NCBI GenBank assembly: GCA_951406725.2
Contig: OX597830.1
Span: 39,866,001-39,930,000 of the forward strand
Direction: 5' to 3'
DNA length: 64,000 nucleotides
Origin: Octopus vulgaris
Taxonomy: Eukaryota
In this document: piece after piece, positions 54,492 to 64,000 of the stretch
How positions within the stretch are numbered: position 1 is the stretch's first letter
Layout: each line of letters starts with the position of its first letter
Translations under genes and position numbers: made by a program
The notes under the pieces: model-generated
Database searches by the model: none
The model's input: only the letters and a program-made list of their open reading frames with translations
What the model was told of the DNA's origin: nothing

Positions 54492-55450
54492 GTCTATCTA
54501 TGTTCCTATCTATCTAATTATCTATCTTTCTTTCAACATAAATAAACAAATAAAAGTCTTTGCTTAGAATTCTAGTGGATCGCTCGACACGGTATTACGA
54601 CTTGATTTGGTCTCCTTTGTGACTAATATCCCGGACATTCAGAGCCAAACTACAAATGCTTGTTCCGACACAGAAATCGTCAAACGAAACATTTACTGAT
54701 TGATGCAAACAGTAGCAGGGCTACAGTTAAATGAAAAGAAGCACTTAAAATAGCAGCAGATTAAAATTTCGGTGAATATACATAACATACATAATATACA
54801 TACAAGCATGGAACAGCATAAAAATAAATTCTTGGTTTGCAGTACAATTATTGCTTCGTGAATTTTCACGTAGCGATAAAGTGGCCGAGTCGTTTGAGTA
54901 TCGAGTCGAGTAGAATGTTTTGCGAACCTCAACACTCCGAGTTCAAATCTCATCGAGGTCAACTTCGCCTTTCATTTTTTTTTGGGGGGGGGGGGTCAAT
55001 AAAATAAGGGTCATTCGAAGGCTTTGGATTAGTGGAATGCCAAACCGGATGCCTTATGGTATTTATTCTTGCTCTTCGACTTTTGTGTTTAAATCCCGCC
55101 ATGGCCTACGTGAGTGGTAACCTTCACCTGTCATCTGGTTTAACACTCTAATCACCGAGAACTTGGTTGACTTCATTAGAATCAACTATGTGGCATGCGA
55201 GCGGATCAGGTTGTTTCCTGCATGAGGATATCTTTCTCATTTCCTCCCACAACTTTTCGTGACTGTGGCGTTGTATTCACAGTTAAACAAAATAAGCACG
55301 TGTTTGGGAGCATCAAGGGAAGGCGGTAACCAAAGAAATTATAAATCGTTTAAAAGATAGACTAAGTACAATGTAAGAAATCACTATCTCTTTCTAAAAA
55401 AAGTTGAAAAATATATTTTTAAAAAATGCATTTTTTTTTTTCGTTTTCAG

Positions 55451-55529
55451 GTACTACCCAGTTATTCCAGGAAACTTCAGACAGTTGTACAAAGATATAA
55501 ACATTCGTGGATATACAATTCCGAAAGGG
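55451..55529 (+). CDS. P450 coding exon 7 (YYPVIPGNFRQLYKDINIRGYTIPKG)
   Basis: 79-bp exon, ttttcAG acceptor, ggg|GTAAGC donor; typical GYxIPKG motif. Confidence 0.95.
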
Positions 55530-55857
55530 GTAAGCATTTATATATACAAAATATATATACATTTATATATACAGAATTTAGAAGAGGAGTTTGTAATGTA
55601 TTTACGATTACTTATCGTCCAATATGGCCGAGTTCTATACCTCGAGATATGGAATATATATAGCAGACTAGATTGGAATGTACTATAATTTTTGTAGACG
55701 GCTCCCTCCAAACACAATAAAAAGCTACCTGATCAGCAAACAAGGGCACTGCTACATGATCTCTCGTGCAGTTAAAAATAGCAATCAAATACACGCACAC
55801 ACGTATACACGTATACACATACAAACGGACAAACACACACACATACGTGTGTTCGTG

Positions 55858-55949
<92 letters not shown>

Positions 55950-56449
55950 CAGACATATATATATATATATATATACGCATACATCATGCGCTAACGCAGA
56001 TTAAATTACTCAGTGTAGTGAACCAAAAATAATTTTCCATTAACTGAAATCATAACTGTAACAAGGAGAAAACTCATTAGCGTTAATAAACCTAATTTTT
56101 TTGTTGCTATGGTGAGAGCCATAGATATGTTTTGGTCCTCAGAGAAGCACAGGCAATTCGTAGTTATCAAGACTTCAGTACAACTGATATGGCTGCTACT
56201 TGATTTTCATTTCTTGTATGAAAATAATTGATTGATACGCAAATTAATAAGCACAATAGAGAACTTCTGAAAAGCAGCTTCTGCATAAAGTATTTATAGT
56301 TAAATGCATGTAGCCATACTTACAACGGTAAACTGAAAATATTTTTTTAGCAATTGATTCCCGTTTCTGTATCTAGTTTCGATATCTTCTGTATTTCAAG
56401 TAGCAGACAATGTTTTCTAGATACGTAAGCGCTTCTCTTCGTTCAAGGT

Positions 56450-56700
56450 ATGATTTTTCAACTATAACAGAACCATGCTTATAGGTCTAAATTTTCATGA
56501 CCCGATTAGCCAACGTTAATCCTCGGTCTAGTCTCCTCTGATAACATTATTAGCCTGTTCGTCTCTCTGGTACGTCTTGCACATAACACAAATATCGTCT
56601 GCATACAAATATCGTCTGCAAAAAGTAGATTATCTAGCGTTCGTTATTGTGCTCACCGTATGCCTACCCTTACCGCCAGCATAGTTTGATTGGGGTTAAG
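56450..56700 (-). mobile_element. LINE reverse-transcriptase fragment (RTE-like), degraded
   Basis: The - strand reads TLDNLLFADDIC (RT catalytic motif) with a local ~17-bp tandem duplication of the ADDI codons; the relic may extend to about 57200. Confidence 0.55.
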
Positions 56701-57391
56701 GTAAGAGGTACTGTTTTTACGGTTTCTTACCTTAATAGTTAAGATTAAGATGATTTTCCTCCCATTGATATCTCTAGCTTCATTAATACCTTATTAAACA
56801 TCTCAGCTAACAGCTTATTTGCTCTTATTCAGTATTTCAATTTGATGCTTAAATTTTGCCAAGATGACACCCACTTACTTGCTTTTTGCGGCATCTGGGT
56901 TCCACCAGTTATTATGCTTCCACTCTTCCATAATTAACTTTGCAGATGTTGTCTTCGTTGCTTTAAACTACATCGTACTTGATAGCTTTCCTTTTTACTG
57001 TCCATACTCCTCCTCTCAATTCTTTCACTCTCGTCGTTGGTATTGCATTGATTTCTGTTCAATCTTTAATTTGTCGTAGATAAAATATCGCTTTAAGCTG
57101 GAGTTGTATTTTGTTTCGTTTTGTTCAAGGAATTGTTGTCGTACTTCAACCTAATAACTTCTTTGCGTTGTTTGATTTCGTTAAGAAAGTCTTCCCTTCA
57201 TCAAGCCGGAACCAATATAAAAAAAATATTCAAATAGACATACTACTAGGGCCTTTTTGTTAAATCTTAATATACATCAGTATTACTTAAATATTTTTTT
57301 TAATTTTTACATTTATTTTGTTTTTTTATATTTTACTGTTAAAATTCTTAAAGAAAATATTATTCATTTTTTTTCTCTTATTATTTATTAG

Positions 57392-57598
57392 ACATACGTA
57401 AAAATGCATCACATATGGCCGGCAATGAGTGACGAATACTTTGAAAATGCAACAGAATTTAAACCAAATAGATGGATAAGAGATTCGGAAGAAAGGGAAA
57501 TCACCCATCCGTTCACTGTAATGCAATTCGGCTTCGGGCCGAGAAGTTGTTTGGGAAAACGACTTGCACTCACAGAAACTTATTTATTCATTATTAAA
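57392..57598 (+). CDS. P450 coding exon 8 (TYVKMHHIW...FKPNRW...QFGFGPRSCLGKRLA...FIIK), heme-ligating Cys496 at 57548-57550
   Basis: Acceptor tattAG, donor aaa|GTAAGT; FxxGxRxCxG heme signature. Confidence 0.97.
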
Positions 57599-58119
57599 GT
57601 AAGTATATTTGTTTAATAAACGTACCAAAATATAGAAAGTAAGAGAAAGTAAATTTAAATACATTATTCATCTTTAAAAAAAAAAGAAAAAGAAAGAAAT
57701 TTCCCTTCGCGTTTGGTTTCTAGCGAGAAAAATGTGTCAGAAGTATTTTGCGTAAATAAATACATAAATAGATAGATAAATAAATAAATAAAATAAAAGA
57801 GAAAAGCATTCTTGCTATAGAGATAAAATATCTTCAACTGACACGTAATCAAATAATATTTAGTAAAAAAGTATTTAAAGAAAGTTAACCCTCTCTATTT
57901 CTTGAAAATGCTTAATGGTGTCAAATATTAACTAAAAGTTTTCTCTTTAATTATATCTATGTATATGTACATATATACACACAAACACTCACACACACAC
58001 TCCTCCCCACGCACACACACTCAAAATATATCAGTTAACAGTCATATGAAAATAACGTATAGAGTTGAATTAATCCATTTCCATACATTTACTAATTGAC
58101 CTATAAATGTTGTAAGAAA

Positions 58120-58625
58120 GACGTTGAGATAGCAGAATGGTTGAATCAGAAATTTCTTAACATTTCTTCTGGCTCTTCACATTCTCAGCTCAAATACCGC
58201 CGGTGCTAACTTTGCCTTTCACCTTTTCGTTGGTCGCTGAAATAAGTTACCAGTCGAGTACTGAGGTCATTGTAATCGATTTGCCCCCGCCCCTCAAAGT
58301 CGCTGGCCTTGTACCAAAATTACAAGGAATGGTTTGCTTTAAAATCCGAGAAAATTTAGAAACTACTGCACTGTGGTTATCTTCAGAAAAACGGTATCCC
58401 TACCAGAAATTCATATGTACGTATACGTTACCAGGAACGTGTTTAAGATATAGAATTGGTTTTCGTCTGTTTTTACATTCTGAGTTCAAATTCCGCCGAA
58501 GTCGATTTTGCATTTCATCCTCTCGGGGTCGATAAATTAAGCACAAGTTACGTACTGGGGTTGATCTAATCGACTGCCCCCGCTTCCCAAAAATTTCGGG
58601 CCTTGTGCTTAGACTAGAAAAGAAT
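58120..58625 (+). mobile_element. Two SINE family B copies or fragments in P450 intron 8
   Basis: actttgcctttcacc...taccagtcgagtactg; tgagttcaaattccgccga...cggggtcgataaattaag...ggccttgtgc. Confidence 0.8.
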
Positions 58626-59145
58626 ATATAAAATTGGTCTATCCAGTCGTGTTCCACAACTAAATTTAGTGATTATTTAAGTAATGCGTATGCTGCTGAA
58701 AAAGGAGCAAACATTTCTGAAATATGAATATACAACACTTACCTATTTTCTAACTTCGATTACATTGTTTACGCAGACGTATTCGTAACTGAAACGTTGT
58801 AACTCTCAGTACTGGCTCTAATTTCTATAGAAAATCTTTTGAGATAACTTTAAAATGTGATTGAATCGCACTGCTAACACAGGTAGGATATAGCATTGAC
58901 TTATAAGACTTTAATGTACTTAGTAGTGCTTCTTTATCCCATTCTTTCACCATTAAGCACAGCTTTAGTATTGTTGTTAGTCGTTCAATCATTATCGTTA
59001 CCTTGTATTATACATTCATTTTAATGCCAACACAATGCAGTATTCATGTATACAAACAGTATTTGTGTTAGAGACATTCTCTCCCTTTATCAACAATCTC
59101 CTTATAAATGTACTTTAAACAACGTTTTAGTTCATTATATATGTA

Positions 59146-59352
59146 CAATAATCCCTCGACTCTTGTGGGTGTTACGTTCCAAAACCTTCTAGAGAAATAA
59201 TTAAAATCTAAAAAAAATATAAATACATATCGGCTGCAGAAACCAGCGATATACTGATGAGTCCGCGATATAAATTTACATATATTAGCGAGAAAAATCC
59301 GCGATATACTGAGTGCGCGATAAGTGAAGCACGATATGGCGAGGGATTGCTG
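59146..59352. mobile_element. pogo/Tigger-like (Tc1/mariner superfamily) MITE
   Basis: TA-flanked imperfect TIRs caataatccctcg / cgagggattgctg; internal GCGATATA repeats. Confidence 0.7.
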
Positions 59353-59855
59353 TATACATTTCCTTTCGAAAATCTTTTAAATCAGTAATCAGCATTTTAA
59401 ATAATATTTTCAAAGTGTTAAAGGGTTTGCAATTTATAATCATGACCAGCTGCAGCAGCATCTTTATTATTTTGCTGCTACTGCCTCTGCCACTGCTGCT
59501 GCTGCTGTTGTGTTTGTTGTTGTTATTGTGGTTATTCCGTTGCAAATGGGCTCTTATCGAGGTGGCCTAAAATTAGAACGCTTCAAGCCATAATCTATCC
59601 ATCAATTTACAAGGAAATTATACATCAAAGACAACAGCATCTAACGAATCCATATATTTACAATGATAGATTGTATATTGGGGAACATTTGGCTGTTATT
59701 TCTGCGCCATGTAGGAAAGAAAGAAGAGGCGGAAAGATGAATGGTAGAAAAAATAGATTGATGGATAAAATGCCACCTGGTTCGACTTTATTCATGAGAA
59801 ACATATTGCATAAAATGGATATTAATATTTCTTAATATTAATATAACTAATTCAT

Positions 59856-59894
<39 letters not shown>

Positions 59895-59942
59895 GGAGTA
59901 TGTGTGTGTAAGTGTGTGTGTGTATGTATGTGTGTGTATGTG

Positions 59943-59983
<41 letters not shown>

Positions 59984-60253
59984 ATATCTATGTATGTATT
60001 ACAAATTCATTATATTCATATTAATTTTTATATTTACGAAATGTATTCCATATGTCGTATAGAAACAACTGTAGCTAAACACTTCAAGATAAATTCCATT
60101 ATTTAACACACACACACACACATACACGCATATATATATATCGGAGTCTTTCTCCTTATCTGTATGCAACATATATATATTTGATGTGATCGTTTACATT
60201 TTATTTATTTACATTAATAATTATTGTTCGTGTTTCTTCTTTTACTTTTACAG

Positions 60254-60370
60254 ATTTTATCGAAATATTCCGTACAATATCCGACAGATTCTTTCGAAAT
60301 TGTTTCCGAATTACAACACCATCCACCTACAGACATGAAGTTCAAATTTATTGATTGTCCAATTGATTGA
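60254..60370 (+). CDS. P450 terminal coding exon (ILSKYSVQYPTDSFEIVSELQHHPPTDMKFKFIDCPID*)
   Basis: Polypyrimidine tract plus tacAG acceptor, phase 0, TGA at 60368-60370; typical P450 C-terminal beta region ending KFKFID. Confidence 0.88.
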   Translation: MLSKYSVQYPTDSFEIVSELQHHPPTDMKFKFIDCPID

Positions 60371-60537
60371 ACATCTTAATTTCTACGAATATTTTTTTTT
60401 ATCTATTTATTTGGAACTTTTTTTAGTTTCCTTTTATGTTTTTCATTTTTTTCTTTTTGTATTCATCAAACAAAATGATTGTTAATCAACTTAACTTTCA
60501 ACATATCTGTGATATTAGTGTGAGAAAGGTGTGTGTT

Positions 60538-60604
<67 letters not shown>

Positions 60605-60782
60605 TAACAAAAATAGTATTCACGGTGATTTTGAAATGCCAGTCAGTTAAGCCATCATCAGACTTAAAGGACCTAAATTTCGAAGTCCTTGTCAGTACTA
60701 TTCCTGTTAAAGAATCTGTACTCTGCAAACAGTGCAGAATACTCCTTCAGTTTGATATAGAATTGTTTTCATTATAACTTGA

Positions 60783-60788
60783 AATAAA
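60783..60788 (+). terminator. Candidate polyadenylation signal AATAAA for the P450
   Basis: AATAAA about 410 nt after the stop codon; the motif is common in AT-rich DNA. Confidence 0.25.
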
Positions 60789-61359
60789 AACAAATATCAA
60801 TACATACGTATACACATATATACATACATATATATACATGTATGTATGTATGTATGTATGTATGTATGTATGTATGTATGTATGTATGTATGTATGTATG
60901 CATATGTATGTGTGTGTGTGTATGCGTGTGTGGACGAAAGAACGATGGATGTATGGAAGGATGGATGGAGTGTGTGGGGTGGAATAAAAGACTGAGTATA
61001 ATGTGGTGAATATAGAACGACCAATGCAGCCAATTAAAATGAAGATAACAAATTTGTGATTTAGAAACGAAGTTGCGTGAAAAATGATTTAAAAACTGGT
61101 TTCAAAACAGACAACGAGAGACAAATGTGAAAAAAAATGTCACGTTATTTGAAGCGGGAAAGACCACAACTTGAAGTTTCTGCAAATGAAGTCAGCATGG
61201 ATTTACGATACTTGGGTAGATCCTTGTCCCTGCCCTCAAGTACGAGTCAGTCAGTGATCTTCAGAGAATTCATAAATGTCATAGCAATGCATTGATTCTC
61301 AAAAATTATTGATCTACTTTACTCTGGTAATTTTACTTACATGCGTTCATACAGATATG

Positions 61360-61730
<371 letters not shown>

Positions 61731-61824
61731 CTATCGGGTCTTTTTATACAGTCAGTCACAATGCACTTCCTTGCATTCCTGTAGCTTTCAGATGAGGCCA
61801 TCCCGATGCCTAGGCAGGCAGGTC

Positions 61825-61863
<39 letters not shown>

Positions 61864-62674
61864 GTATATTTATGCATATACATACAAAGAGACGTATGCA
61901 AGCTAGCTGGGGCGGTTGTTACCTCTGACTTGCTATACGTTCTTTCTCTCCTGACAATAAAAACATTTCTTTCAGTTTTTTTTCTTTTTCTTTTTTTGTG
62001 GCCCTGCCCGCCAAACTAAATATAAATTTACCAGACCCAAACAGAAGCATTGTCTTTTTCTAGTATGTATTGTAGATCGTTAATCATGTGATTAAATTCT
62101 TTCTTGACTAATGTCACAGTTATTACGCAGAATTGCGAGAAATAAAGAGAAGTCTAACCGACATCGAACAAATCCAGCTGACTTCCCTGCTAGAAACTTA
62201 AAGAATTCTGTGTGTGTATATATATATATATACATGCATATACATACACACTTCTCTAATACAAACCTAATCTGAGCGCAACACACATAAATTCACGTGT
62301 ATATACATACTTTCAAATGAAAAAAATCTATGCATATATTATATATATTATTTATTAAATCTATACTAATGTATATATCATATAAACCAAATTATATTTA
62401 TCATATATTGTCATTATGATGGACTCATGGCTAGCTAATCAAAATGTTATCGAAGCAAGTAATTCAACGGTTACATCTCTTCACTAGAGTTGCTTACAAC
62501 GTGAATTCTTTCTTCAACCATTAAACAATAACTGAAGGCGAGTGAGCTTTCTCTAAACCATTGAAAATTTTTTTTTTCTTAACCAAAATACTGTTGAACT
62601 GATACATTTTCTTCAAATATATGTTATATAATATTTAATCCTACATTAAATGTTTATAAAAGTATATGTATATG

Positions 62675-62732
<58 letters not shown>

Positions 62733-62817
62733 TACATGCATAAAAGTATATATACATTTATAATACATAAGCACTACGCATACAATCACAAAAACATACA
62801 TACATGCATACGTATGA

Positions 62818-62858
<41 letters not shown>

Positions 62859-63623
62859 TTATTCCATGAGCTTTCATTGTATTATAACTTGAACATATTT
62901 CGTATGAATTATAAATTTGCATTTCTTGAAGAATTTAAATAAATTTTTCTAAAAGTTTCGTACAGTTATATAAAAATTCCTAAATTATGATTTTTTCCCT
63001 ATTGTTTCAGAATAAAACAAATTTTATACACATATACTCACCTTGTTTGTATTTTGTTTTGTTTTGTTTTTTTGTTTGTTTTTTGTTTGTTTTTTTTGTT
63101 TTTTTGCAGTGGGGTTGGCGTTAAATATTTATATGAAATTTCTTCTCGCTTTATTTTTCTGCCTTAGAAAAACATATCACTTTTCTCGCTTTTTCTGAAT
63201 TAGTTACTCTGAATAATAAGTACAATACCAATGTTCTTTGCAGTTACACTTAGGCTACTCAAGTCTTGATGTCGGTGTTTATCCCGATGTAGGTGTTTTT
63301 CATATTATTGTCTGAAAGCCGAGAGTGAGCAAGTTCAGTAGGAAAAAGCTCTGTGAAGGAAAAGCTGTTTCTTCTTCTCTGAAGAACCTCTGAGACTACT
63401 AATTAGTTGATAATTAAGTCTAAAATATATTTAACTCTAGCGTTTGTATTCTGATGTCTGCAAATATAGTATGGATAACTCTAAGTAGAAAAGGTTTAAT
63501 AACTATATTTAATATGGATGGAATTTTGTTTTTGTTGTTCAGTTCTCAAAATAGAGTAAACCAATGATGAAAAGTGTTCCAGTCATGACCATCCAGTATG
63601 TTTATTAGGATCTAAGACTATTT

Positions 63624-63949
63624 AACTGGCACTCAGTCGGTTGCGACGACGAGGGTTCAAGTTGATATGATCAACACAACAGCTTGCTCGTGAAATTAAC
63701 CTGCAAGTAGCTGAGCACTCCACAGCCACTCGTACCCTTAATGCAGTTCTCAAGGAGATTCAGCGTGACACAGAATGTTACAAAGGTGGCCCTTTGAAAT
63801 ACAGGTACTACTCATTTTTTCCAGCTGAATTGATTGAAGCATTGTGAAATAAAGTGTCTTGTTCAAGGACACAACGTGCTGCCGAGAATCGAACTCACGG
63901 CCCTACGATTGTGAGCTGAATGACCTAACCACTAAGCAACAACCCTTCA
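63624..63949 (-). mobile_element. SINE family C, full-length
   Basis: aactggcactc.gtcggttgcgacgacgaggg...ttcagcgtgacaca...aaataaagtgtcttg.tcaaggacacaac...ctaaccactaag. Confidence 0.88.
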
Positions 63950-64000
63950 CAAGAGGTCAATATGATCTATTAGATTATTAGGTTATTTCGTCTTTGTTTA

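Noticed and set aside
63030-63400. Possible minus-strand exon (donor-like aag|GTGAGTA near 63041)
   Set aside because: The adjacent sequence is a (TTTG)n tract with no convincing reading frame or acceptor.

Overview
Eukaryotic, AT-rich and extremely microsatellite-dense genomic DNA. The repeat landscape (three abundant tRNA-derived SINE families, Penelope-like relics in (TA)n tracts, very long compound microsatellites) suggests a coleoid cephalopod, probably Octopus; this is an inference, not a database result. Almost all ORFs in the supplied track are translations of simple repeats. The one well-supported gene is an intact 9-coding-exon, + strand mitochondrial-clan cytochrome P450 (CDS 38268..60370, 1653 nt, 550 aa), assembled by hand with GT-AG introns and consistent phases. 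It has an atypical I-helix (ASSVFT|L instead of AGxDT|T, so the catalytic acid is lost), a G-H loop insertion with two Cys-Pro-His motifs, and an identical 155-bp duplicate of the I-helix exon end 353 bp upstream. The rest of the window is SINEs (several with clear target-site duplications and inverted pairs), mariner/pogo/hAT MITEs, CR1- and RTE-type LINE fragments, a ~36-bp AT-rich minisatellite, and a recurrent class of fold-back hairpins centred on minimal hammerhead-ribozyme motifs typical of Penelope-like elements. Repeat boundaries are approximate unless a TSD or TIR is quoted.
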